A DNA stretch of 63,406 bases, counting the filler, from Choristocarpus tenellus KU-1152 (Eukaryota > Protista > Phaeophyceae): NCBI GenBank assembly GCA_964200185.2. It is 15 parts of 15 records of this genome, joined end to end, with 100 filler letters (N's around TTAATTAATTAA, not from the genome) between each part and the next. Parts side by side here need not be neighbours in the genome. Positions count along the whole stretch, not along the records: positions 23,967 to 27,774 come from CAXNAD020017807.1; positions 27,875 to 35,997 come from CAXNAD020005110.1; positions 36,098 to 40,496 come from CAXNAD020014730.1; 12 more parts are not named here. One strand, given 5' to 3'. The notes under the pieces were generated by a model that did no database searches, had not been told where the DNA came from, and worked only from the letters and a program-made list of their open reading frames with translations. The position numbers were made by a program, and so were the translations under genes. Positions 24,782 to 36,522 of this stretch are shown here, one piece after another; position 1 is the first letter of the stretch, and the number at the start of each line of letters is the position of its first letter.

Positions 24782-24790
<9 letters not shown>
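24480..24790. repeat. AT-rich degenerate ~60-bp tandem repeat next to (AAT)n and (AAG)n microsatellites
   Basis: Motif aatagtgaaaaaaggcaacataatgatagaaatataatt recurs about 4 times. Confidence 0.7.
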
Positions 24791-24812
<22 letters not shown>

Positions 24813-25727
24813 AAGAAGAATTATTATTATCATCACAACAAAAGGCAAACATAGTCAGAAACGAAAAAAAAATGACAACACAAAATCGTACTGTACTGCT
24901 GCAGAGTAACACATACTTAAGTCAAAATTCAAACAAACACATACAAACAACCGAGCATTTTCAAACAAACTGACACTTCTTCCTCATGCACAAAACACAC
25001 ACACAACACACACACACAAACATTATATGTATATATATATATATCCACACAAATTTGCTGATCATACCATATACTCAGTACACTAATACTGACAATACTT
25101 ATGTGTGTGTGTATGTATGTCCTACCCACCAGACGCAATTAGCATCCATATGCTCATGTGACAATATAGATATATCTCATGTGACAATATAGATATATCT
25201 CATATATCAATACACATATATCTCATGTGACAATATAGATATATCTCATATATCAATATATGTCCACATTTGTCCATAAGGTCCTACCCACCAGACATGT
25301 TTACTATCTTTATAATCATACAAAAAATATCAATATTAGATCAATATGTGTGTATGTGTGTGCATATCCATGTCCCCCCCAGACACATACATCATTTATA
25401 TGCAGAGTATTTCATACAAACATACATATATATGCATATCCTCCCCAAGACATACAAATCATCTACTTCAGAGCACACATTCATATCAGTATATACATGC
25501 CTGTGTGTGTATGTATCCCACCCAAAACACACACACCATCAACATAAACAGAGTATATAATATATATGATGTATATAATATGAACACACACAACACATAA
25601 ATATATACACTCTACCCCCCCATCCCCCTCATGCCCCCCCCCTCTCCCCCCCTCACACACACACAAATACATTAAAAAAAAAACGGGCACCCCCCTAAAT
25701 GCCCTACACCTCATACAATTTCCTCAC

Positions 25728-25903
25728 CAAGCTGTTGAGAAGAGCAACCACTGCAACAGGATCAGTTGCTGACACCATAGCGCCAAACACCAGGGATAGA
25801 TTCCAGTCCCAATCATATGGGAAACAGTACTTTGAAAATACCGCTGTGAGCACTGTGCCAATGATCACTCCTGGACCAGCAAGCCAAATGATCTGCCATG
25901 CAA

Positions 25904-25936
<33 letters not shown>

Positions 25937-27481
25937 GTTGTGCCAATGATCTGCCATCTATATTATTAATACTATTATTATTGTTGTTAAGGATTGTGCC
26001 AATGATCTCCCATGCATATTACTTATACTATTACTACTACTATTATTATTAAGGATTGTGCCAATGATCTCCCATGTATATTACTTATACTATTATTATT
26101 GTCATTAAGGATTGTGCCAATGATCTCATATTATATTACTAATACTATTACTACTATTATTAAGGATTGTGCCAATGATCTCCCATGTATATTACTAATA
26201 CTATTATTATTAATAAGGATTGTGCCAATGATCTCATATTATATTACTAATACTATTACTATTATCATTAAGGATTGTACCAATGATCTCCCATGTATAT
26301 TATTATTACTATTACTATTATTAATAAGGATTGTGCCAATGATCTCCCATTTATATTATTATTATTATTGCATTAAGGATTGTAGGAAACGTTTATAAAA
26401 CTGTGATAAAAATCAAAAAAATGTTATATTATTATTATTATTGTTATTATACTATTACTATTATGAAGAGTTGTAAGAATTAGTCATAAAAATTTGAATT
26501 GAAGACAGAACTACATTGTTCTATTAACCACTATTATTCTCAAGAGTAGCAGGAGATAGTTTTTTTTTGTTCTACAATAGTGAGACAATGTTACTAAACT
26601 TCTGGAGTACAGTGTGACACGCACGTAGAAGCCAATTACGAGCAGGCGATTTTCGCGTTTCAAAATCTACGTACATCATTATTTTTTTTTCATAAAAATA
26701 AAATAAATAGGAAAAAACAAAATATATTAAAAAAAACATCCTATGCACGCATCGCACTCTCGTGGTTTCCCCTCAGACAGCTCCAGACAAGGTTAAGAGT
26801 TTGTTGTATTTATTTTTATTTTTTTTACTTTTATCAACCTAGGGTAATTATTACTTTAAAATCGTCTTGAAAAAGTCAGTTCATAAAAAAAGGAAGCGTG
26901 ATGGACCAAATTCGATCTCTTTTTTTTTTAACATTTGTTCTAAGAATTATGATTTATAATATTCTCTACGTACAACGGCAATAAATGCGGAGCATTAGTA
27001 ATACCAAAAAAACAAAGCACTCTGTAAGTACTCATATTATAAACTACACTCCAGAGAAAAATATTACATATCAAAATAGTAGGCAAATTGAAAAATATAT
27101 ATATTAAAAAGTATATATTACGAGTACTATATATTCAAAAAGTATGTATACGACAAAAAATATATATTACAAAATATATGTTACAAAAAATACATATATT
27201 GCAAAAAAATATATATACATATATTACAGAAAATATATATCACAAAATATGTGTATCACAAAAAGACACATTTTACAAAATATATATATAGTACAATACA
27301 TATATAAATTGCAACAAAAAAGATACTAAATGATATCACTAATTTCCCCCCCAATCCTCACCTGGCCTATCCTCCTTTCCAGGATGTGCACCTCTGCATT
27401 GAATGCACTGGCAAATATCAGAATTGGCAGGAATACCACTTGGAGCACACGAGGATCCATTCCCAGCCATGATTCAATAGA
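25728..27481 (-). CDS. SOS1/NHX7-type Na+/H+ antiporter (CPA1), internal exons 27481-27362 and 25892-25728
   Basis: ..MDPRVLQVVFLPILIFASAFNAEVH..|IIWLAGPGV..FPYDWDWNLSLVFGAMVSATDPVAVVALLNSL; FLP..F, AGPGV and ATDPVAVVALL motifs are SOS1-like. Confidence 0.92.
25938..26385. repeat. Intronic minisatellite: core aaggattgtgccaatgatctc separated by (TAT/TAC)n, ~8-9 units
   Basis: The repeated core is directly visible; the spacers are trinucleotide microsatellite. Confidence 0.9.
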
Positions 27482-28253
27482 CTTTTATTTGTAAAAAATT
27501 AAAAATTACATGTGTGTATGATTAATGGTGTAAGACACAAGTTCACCAAAGTCACAAAGACACATACATACATACATACATACATACATACATACATAAA
27601 AATTAAAAAACATGGACACAAGAAAAGACAGGCACAGCACCAATCACATGCACCAAAAGTGCAAACGTGATGAGGGAGGGGAGGAGGACGTGAGAAGTCA
27701 AACAAGCAAGAAAAAGTAGAAAAGTTCATGGGGGGGGGGGGGGGGGGGGTTTTTGCGTTATTTGAAATTTATTTNNNNNNNNNNNNNNNNNNNNNNNNNN
27801 NNNNNNNNNNNNNNNNNNTTAATTAATTAANNNNNNNNNNNNNNNNNNNNNNNNNNNNNNNNNNNNNNNNNNNNTCACACAGGTGGTAAGAAGCTTTTTT
27901 TTTTTCTCAGTTGCATAACGAGGTTCCGGTTAAGGTGCACATCAGAAAAGGGTACATGCTAATGCGAAAGCGATGCAGGCACAGACTAGAAGGGCAATCA
28001 ATCAATCAGCACTCTGCTCCTCAATTTTCGAATACTTTGTACGAAACAATCGAGATCGTCACGATTGATCGGATGCAAATGTTTGTAATTTGTGACAATT
28101 CACAGCTCTACTTTTTCCCGTTCTGAGCCTGTCTCTCACCCCATGCCAAGGCTCTGTGTAAGCCAATGGACAATAGCTACGAGCGGTCCTTACGTACAAA
28201 ACCAAGTATGTGACGCATGCTGTGAGAGCAGACTCTTAACTTTTTTTATTGAT

Positions 28254-29787
28254 TTAGCGAACACTGTGCATCAATCTGAGTGAAGCACCGTTCTTCGAAG
28301 TTAAATGGTTGTGGGTCCTATCTTTTCTGTTGTCATCACACCTGTGACCTGATCTGTGGGCACCAGATGATGAGCCCCTCGCAGTTTCTCCTGACATCAG
28401 TATCTTGGCCGGGTGCAAGGCTGCATGTTTCTCCTGGTGTGAAAAAACTTCCTGAAGCTCGGAGACATGACTAGCTACTTCTGTTTGTTTGTTGCGCATC
28501 CCTTGTGAGACAAGTTTGCGCATTTCTTCCAGCCTATGGAGGAGGTGGGCATTTGGGGAACATTGAGAGTGACCCCCATGGCCCACACCGTAGACGCAAT
28601 GACAGTGAGCTTGGCGTGGCCTACCCTTTTGCTCGCTGCGGATTACCTTCCTAATGGACTGTTGGCTCTGTCTGCGCAATTCTTTCCATCCCCAGTAAAG
28701 CATCTTTTTGTTTACTGTCCAAGCTAAAGTTTGAAGTATGTGCTTCTGCCTTGAATTTGCTAGTAAGGCTAAAAAACATTTATTGAGCACGATCGTCTGG
28801 AAAAGGTGGCTCAGAGCCAGTTGACAAGAAGATCTTTTTTCAATGGTTGCTGCAGCAGTTACTCGCCAATGTCGAACTGCTGAAGACAAGGTCCTCTGGG
28901 CAAGTGCCCTTGTAAATTGATCGAGGCGCGTTCTCCCCATATGAAGCCAAACCCTCCACCTCGAGAAAAACTCTGACATAATAGAATCCCGAGCTGCTTT
29001 CAAAAGTTTTGCCTGAGATGCATTGATGTGGAATGCTTTCCAAGCTTTCCATCCCTGCCAGGCCATATGTGATTGGAAATATTAAAAAAGTGGACTTGAA
29101 GCAAGTACATAGAGAAAATATTTCCTCGAAGAATCGTGTTCACACAATTGTGCGGAAACAAGGAGAAACTCCACACCACGATGTGTGACATCACAACATG
29201 AAGAGTATTTTCTATTAGTAAACAGCTGCTTGTCCTTTCCACAACAATTTAATATTTACCTTCACACCTTCTCTCTGAGTTTGCAATTGAAGAACCTGAC
29301 ACTGTCAAGGGATCTTCGTCCTGCAAGACTGTACATCCACTTTTCCAAAATGTTTCTCATCGTAAGGTGGTCCAGATGTTCTGCAAGCTCAGCAGCTCGA
29401 ACTTCCAGCCTCCAATGACGTATTGCTACACGTGTGTCCACTTTTTGGGTCCAGCGCCGTAGAAGTATAGTTTGACGTACCCAACGCCTCCATCGACGCA
29501 TCACCAGCAGCACAAAGTAGCTCATCGCAGTAAATTGCTAAGCCACCACGAAGTCAGCCGACAGACCGTGAGGAGGGAGAAGGGAATGTTTAATAACGCA
29601 TAGATGCTTTCCTCTGAGCCTATAGCTCGTACAACTCTTGTACTTTAAAAAATTATATTGGGTCACTCGAAAACAGAAAGTAGCAGCCCTTACCTTTTCC
29701 ATCTCCGTCTCCCACTCCTTCCAGCAACGATTCTCACGGATAGATCGACAGTGCGCAAGCCAATACGGGACATGCTCGATTGCACAC
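28254..29787 (-). CDS. Sfi1-repeat-like (centrin-binding) protein, multi-exon; exact boundaries uncertain
   Basis: Recurrent L..F..W / W..W motifs at regular spacing (EFFSRWRVW, SAVRHWR, MRRWRRW, ILEKW, YWGWKEL) in ORFs 28254-29066 and 29262-29525 and exon 29787-29694. Confidence 0.6.
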
Positions 29788-30463
29788 CTGGCAAAAATAG
29801 AGAACTATCAAAGTAAAGGCTCTTAAATGAAGACATTTTTCAAGATTTAAACCGAACATGTCCTAGCACGTCCGGAACAAGATCCACTCACTCACTCACA
29901 ACCTTACCGTCGTAGAGCCACCCCTAAGAATAGTATGCACACAAAACGCCAAATGTTAAACTATTAACACAATTTTGTGGTATACCCTACATTTAGTATT
30001 GACCTATACCTGGATGATTTTTCACCTATGTGAGTGAGGTGCATGGGTCAAATGGATCATCACTCGACCACTCCGTTTTTGACCAAGTAGATGCCACAAA
30101 ATGTTTTCGGTGAGGATGTGCGCCATATTCTCATTTACCCTCAGCAAACCAGCAGTTGACCTTGACCTCTTTTGCTTCCGAGTGGCGTGTTGATGAAGTA
30201 ACTCTACAATAGAGTGGCCACATTACAAGCTTGAACCCAATCCGAAGAATTTCGTCAACTCCATTCTGTGTTTACCAATCCAACCGTTTCAAACAAGAAC
30301 GCCATCTACGGTCGTAGAGACCCTGCCTCATATTCAAGAATTGGGAATCCTGTCCCATTCCTCAATCAAGTGTTGTACGTACCACATGAGTACATCAAAA
30401 GTACTGGGATTCTAGAGACTCTTATAGGGGAAAGGTAGTTAAAGTGAGGTCAAATCTCACCTA

Positions 30464-32117
30464 ATGACGGAAAACCGTGTTTGCAAAGTAATCATCATCC
30501 CTGGAAATGGGTGTACGTCGGTGTTGCAATCAAATTGGTAAGCTTATTACATTCCCAAGAATTCTTTGAAATGGTGCACTTCTAACGAGGGCTATCATTA
30601 CCAGTTCCTACTTCCCACTGCTTCCCACTGAAACAACCCAAATTACTTATCAATACAAAGGTATCGTTGGCTGAGGGATCGCTTACTCGCCAATTCTATC
30701 GTCCCGAAGGTGGAGCTGCGGGATATGGTGAGTTGCTTAACTTCGGATTGCGGTATGCTTCTCTCCTCTTCACTCTCCCCCATATCGTATCTACCCACAG
30801 CAAAATTCTTACTTATCTCTCTGTTTATCCCTTCGGCTCGCACTGCGGTGGATGTATCGCAAGCCTGACCCTCATGTGGCACGGGAGAGCATATGGTGAG
30901 CATACACTACACAAACCTCACCACCAAGCTTCTACTACACTGATAACACAGTGTGTATGTATCCTAAGCATGTTCGATATATATATATATATATATATAT
31001 ACAGTTTACTATGAAAATCCCTAGATGGACTATGCGTTGTCGTCACGACCATCTCCAGGGCATGCACCTTTTCAATTGATTGGAAGGGGATATAGTGTGT
31101 TCAGTAGTCAAATCTCAATAGTAGATGCGGCTGCTACAATTGCACTCACTAAGCATCTCACAAGGGTTTGGGACCTGTCTCTTACCTTCTCGCTACAGGT
31201 TACCCTTCATACGAGATGAGCTACAAGCAGGAGAGGATTCAATTGTGGTGGGGCACTCGTCTGGAGCAGGTGGAGTTGTGCCCTACAACTATTTTTTGCC
31301 GTAGTGAATGAGATGGAGAGGGCATTCAAAGGATTGCATGTTCGATAACTCCATCCCACGAGACATTCCCTGCAATAAGGTATTTGCACAACTTCAACTT
31401 ATCATACGTCACTTTTGGCCCATCTGTCATTCCAACATGATCACGGTAGTTGCTGCCATGAGACTCCTAGAAACAGACAAGCTGGGCGGTGTCGTCCTTG
31501 TTTCGGCATGTCACACCGACCTTGGAAATGCAAACGAACGTGCCAGGTAATAACCTTTCATATGAACTTTATAAACGCACAATTTTCTTGATGTGGGCAT
31601 TATGTGATGGGAATATTGAAAAAGACGTTACTCCAGCAGGTCATCGCCGAAATATGAACAAAGAATGGAACGATATTGCTGGGACAAAGGACGCTCTTAG
31701 GCGCACCAAATAACACTTGCACTACTAGTACTCAAATCTTTATCCGCAGTCTTGAGGTACCATTTCACTGGAAGTTTTTTTCGAGTAAAGCTTTGAGGGG
31801 AAGTGGTGACCATACCTTTGCTTGTTCTGCTGCCTGTAACTGGTTCTGCGTACCTATAAACATATACTGTGTGTCATATCCTGACCAGTGGCTACTACTC
31901 ACGCCCATGGGCTTGGGACAAGATGAGGAAAAATGCAGGGTTTATTGTGCAGTTCCACTCAACAGACGACCCTTTCATACCTGTTAGTGAAGCACGCCAT
32001 ATTCAAGAAAACCTGGGCACAGAATACGAGGAGCATACCGACAAGAGCCATTTCTTCGGACCATACGAGGGCATTTTCCAAGTCATCCGGGATAAGGTGG
32101 CTATAACATCGACGTGA
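30464..32117 (+). CDS. RBBP9: RBBP9/YdeN-family serine hydrolase, complete, 6 exons
   Basis: IIIPGNGC..NW|YRWL..DM|PDP..ARESIW|LPFI..GHSSGA|VAAMR..VLVSACHTDLG..ERAS|GYYSRPW..QFHSTDDPFIP..HFF; Ser-Asp-His triad present. Confidence 0.95.
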
Positions 32118-32372
32118 GGACCAAAGCGAGGATACCAACATAGGGTACCAGGATAGGGCAAGGTGTACACAATCCCTCCCTAGAGCTTGAGGGGTGTCAT
32201 AGATGTAACTGGCACTTCTTAAAGACAGTTGAAAGTGCAACTTCAAATCAAGAAGTTATCGTCATTGAACCTCGGATGCAATACCATGGGAGTGCTGGGC
32301 AACCAAAGATTTTCGTGTGTTTGCACTAAAGTATGGCAACCCTTCCGTCGCTGCCTCCAGACCTATGTTTCA

Positions 32373-33176
32373 TCACCGTGATGCAGCTTCCTCATGATTC
32401 ATATTCTCACTACCATCGTTTGCTTGCTCAACATATTGCTGTGGCATGTTTAATCCCACCCTTCCCGCGGTTAATGCCGTTCGTTCCATCTGGGACATTT
32501 TCTCACCAGCGTTGAGGGCCAATAACTCCTTCAATGGGAACATGGGTATAAGAGGAGCAGGAAGCAATGCCAGGTAAGTATGAAAGAAGTGATAATTAAC
32601 CAGAGACTTCTAGTAAACATTGGATGACTCTACATGGATATTTCCGGCAATGCTCGAGGACGTGTCATGTAAGGCTGAGCACTGGTCAACACTCACCTCA
32701 GGGGTACCGCTGCGTACTATTACAGGTAGTAAGTAATGGAGAGCGAAGTGAGGAACACAAAGTTAACATCAAGGAAAGGACGCTGAACTAACTAAATTTT
32801 CCCATGACCAACTGCATCTCCTTAAAACATTTGAGTAAGACGACCCACCTTACGGTTTCTCAAATCCACCATCATCTCTGCCACAACTTGTGCCTTATCC
32901 CGCATTGCCCGCACCTCCAAGGCATCGCTCACAAAACTGTTTGAACGGAACTGCAAAAGTTCCATAGTTTACACCGATACGGAAATGTGGTGCAGTGAGG
33001 AGGGGTTAGTAGGAACATGTCAACAGTGATAGGGAGGGATTTTTTTTCTGGTTCTGGAATTGTCCTCTCACTTGATCTAGGACATAAGACTTGAAGCCGT
33101 TAGTGCCAGAGCTCGGTAGAGTCTTGAGGTGTCTTAAGATGATTCTCAGGTCTGATAATACTTTGGTGCTGGTCAT
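32373..33176 (-). CDS. FMC1: FMC1 (mitochondrial ATP synthase assembly factor, LYR-like), complete, 120 aa; exons 33176-33072, 32950-32849, 32528-32373
   Basis: LRIILRHL..YVLDQ|FR..|ELLALNAGEKMSQMERTALTAGRVGLNMP matches the FMC1 C-terminal motif (E..R.TA.RVGL..P); all junctions phase 0. Confidence 0.8.
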
Positions 33177-33463
33177 CGTCTCATGGTCTAGCTTGGTTGA
33201 TGTCCTGTTGGCTTTGTCGGATCCTGGCAGGCGGTTTTGTACAAAAACTCTCTCTCAACAACTAAATCAAAGTTTTGAAGAGAGGGATTGAAGTCAGAGA
33301 GAACAAAGAGTCCCCTGTTGTATAGGGGACATCAAGTAAACATTATCCCTACCTAAGGGGGGGAAAGGAGAAAAAGGCTGTTCGTGCTGAAAGATTTTCC
33401 AAGCAAAGGGACTTGCTATCACAGCCGCAGAGTACCCTGGTTGACTCAGACATTGACTCAGCC

Positions 33464-35567
33464 ATGGCATTTCTCAACTCGCTGGCCACTGTCGTTGCAC
33501 CTTACCTCATGCCGTTGGTGGAGAAGAACATGGCTCCCGATTTTCTCATCCGCTACGGTACGTAGTCGGCTAGTCCATCGAATGTAGCTCCGTTGCTGAA
33601 GCCACCCCACTGACATGGTCAACTTTGAAAATACCAGGTATTCGGAGGCAGTGTGCCGACCGCCTCAGCCAAATCGCCAAAGGAACATCTGAGGAGCAGG
33701 TGAGTAATTTATTTCAATGGTTGCGTGTTGCTGGACAGGTGCTCGGATCGCTCCTGGTATCTACCTCACTGTTTCGGGGTATTGCTGCCCACAGTAACTC
33801 CGCGTTCCTGTCGTATATGTCTTTCCACAACTGTTCTTGTTTCTGTTCTCACCCAGCTGGCCCGCAAGGAGGCAATGGTTGAGGAGTTGAAAGGGATGCC
33901 TATTGCAGTTCAACAAGGTAATTCTTTTTCATTGTTTTTATGTGGTCTTTGCTTGGACTCACTGGAAGTCATACTCTGAGTTCATGTGCGTTGCATCATG
34001 TTGATACTTGCACGGTGTTGCTACGAATAGAGTGTCTGGCAATGAGTCGCTATAACTTCGAGTGGAAATCTATCTCATACTGGGTATAGGCTCTCCTGTG
34101 TGTCACCCATTTGGTCTTACCATTGAGTACGGTTGCCTTCCCCACCCTCAAGATGCGGCCAACGATCAGCACTACGAGGTGAACGCAGCATTCTACAACC
34201 TTGCATTGGGCCCCCGGCTTAAGTATTCCTCTGGCTTCTGGCCCAAGCCTGACACCACGTTTGCAGAGTCTGAGGTGGCCATGCTTGAAATGTATTGTGT
34301 GAGGGCTCAGCTGCAAGATGGCATGAAGGTGTGTAGGGCGGCTTATCCCAACTAGTTCTTAGACTGGTTATTAAAAGCCCAATTCTCTTTCCTTGTAGAT
34401 ATCGATGACTCTGATGGAAATTTTTAGCTTCCACATCACAAATTTGAGGCCACAGACCTAGTAAGCATCTACTCTTGGAGTATATTTTTCATGGATGCCT
34501 TTGCATTTTCCACAGCATAATTACTTTCTGTTACAGTCTACGTACAGGTCTAAATCTAGCTATCCCACTGACCATGTTATCTGCCTACCTATCCACTCAA
34601 TTCAATATGAAATCAAGATCACAATGTCCAACTTGCTCTAACATATGTTTCCTACCTGTCTAGATTGTGGACCTGGGGTGCGGCTGGGGATCTCTCACGC
34701 TCTTCCTAGCGGAGAAATACCCCAAATCCGAAATCACCTCAATATCCAACTCTACTTCACAGAAAGAACTAATCGACTCACGCTGCAAGGTAGGTCCTTC
34801 CAGGTTATGAACGGCACAAAACCTATCTCTCAACATTACAAAAAATATCACTCAGTGCCAAGACAGTAGTATGTGGAAGGTTGGTTGTTTGGTTCAATTT
34901 GTAACTGACCAGATCTGCTCTTTTACTTCCAGGGTTGGCATATGTGAGGGTTTGAAGTAGTGATTAAATGTAGTGAAACCTTGCCATGCGAAAAATAGGA
35001 TTCTTGTCAGGAGCGGAGTGAATCTCAAGGAGGCCAATCAGAACTCAAGTCACAATCTTTTCCAGTCTTGAACTAGATTTGTTAGCTACTCAATTAATTG
35101 CTGATCACGACCAAGCTTGTACTGGTTGATGCTCTTAGATTCACATCCTAGATATCAATGCCATGGATGGCACCACAGGACACCATGAGTGAGTAGTTTC
35201 CAGGTGAAGGAAGGTCAACATCTCGAGCCTAGAAGGGATGCTTGGGGGATGGGGTACTTGCCGCATGCAGAGAGAGAACACATCTTGTTTGGATGAGCAG
35301 TGTTTTCAACCTCTCCTGTTCTTCCGTAGAACTAGAAATGATATTTGTTCCCATTGCTGACGGGTTCTGCGGCCTGTGTTGAACAGGAAAGGGGACTGAG
35401 TAATGTACGAGTCATTACTGGTGACATAAATACCTTTGACCTGGATGCAACAGAGGCTGGAACCTTTGACCGAGTTATGAGCATCGAGATGTTTGAGCAT
35501 ATGAAAAACTACCAGAAGCTCATTGCTAAGGTCAGCGGCTGGCTCAAGGTCGGGGGAAAGCTCTTCG
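33464..35567 (+). CDS. SAM-dependent CMAS/cyclopropane-synthase-like (coclaurine N-methyltransferase-like) methyltransferase, 6 exons, 3' end missing
   Basis: PDFLIRYGIR, MPIA..DAANDQHYEV, LGPRLKYSSG, DLGCGWGSL, SISNSTSQK, FDRVMSIEMFEHMKNY, GGKLF. Confidence 0.93.
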
Positions 35568-36522
35568 GTGAGATTGCACCCCCCCCCCTCCCCCCCCTGG
35601 AAGAATTTTGTTCTTGCATCTTGCCCAAGCATCTAGTGGGGGTTACACTTTGTAAAAATGAAAAGAGTTTGTCAGCACCGTATTGTAATAAGGACCCTTG
35701 CCCTTCCGAAATATCGCCCTCCCCCACCTTGAGGAGAAAAGTGCAGGGCGTGGCGTGGTGGGGAGGTGCTGACAGGGTGTGAGCATCAATCGGTCTTATT
35801 TGAGGATTTTTATTTTTTGATGTTGTGTTGAGTTGAATGTCCGGGATCATGTTCCTTAGTTGGAGTTTTGTCTTCTCTCTGTGTCCTCCCGTGTTGTTTC
35901 TGTTGCCTTGAGTTTCCCTCTGACGAGGCAATGTGCATTTTTTTTAATGGACAGCTTTACCCACTTCTGCCACTCGCCACCCCCACACACCACTACCNNN
36001 NNNNNNNNNNNNNNNNNNNNNNNNNNNNNNNNNNNNNNNNNTTAATTAATTAANNNNNNNNNNNNNNNNNNNNNNNNNNNNNNNNNNNNNNNNNNNNCCC
36101 CCCCCCCCCCCAACCAAAAACCCCAAAAAACCAAAAAAAAAAAAAATAAAAAACACACCCCCAACCCCCCCCCCCCCCCCCCCCCCCCAGATATTTGAGC
36201 CTCTGGGAGGATAACTGCGTCGTTGATTCTGTAAGATAGCAAGACTCAGTATGGTTGAAAGTATTTTCGAAACTAGAGGGCAATAGTTTGGGCCCTGCCT
36301 TTCCTCGCCTCATGAAGATGGAATTAACTCAGTGTCGGTACGTGTGTTGATGCTGTCAATGTTCTGTGCTTTTAGAGGTAAGTTTCAGTTTCCGTGGGAA
36401 CATCCGCATGAAGGATAGTGAAAATTTCGTCTGGACAGAGAGAGAGAGCCGGGGTGAGAGGCAAGGCATCGAAATTTTGGACACAGGCGGCTACTCATCC
36501 ACCAGACGTCCATCCGCTGCAC

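Noticed and set aside
25938-26385. Repeat-spacer pattern resembling CRISPR
   Set aside because: Spacers are TAT/TAC microsatellite, and the core derives from the neighbouring exon junction.
24418-27330. Poly-Y/L/T and I/Y/K-rich ORFs in the ORF track (also 39175-39463)
   Set aside because: Translations of intronic microsatellites and AT-rich low-complexity DNA.
28254-35567. Operon or biosynthetic cluster of hydrolase plus methyltransferase
   Set aside because: The genes are spliced, alternate in strand and are functionally unrelated conserved eukaryotic genes; no pathway logic is evident.
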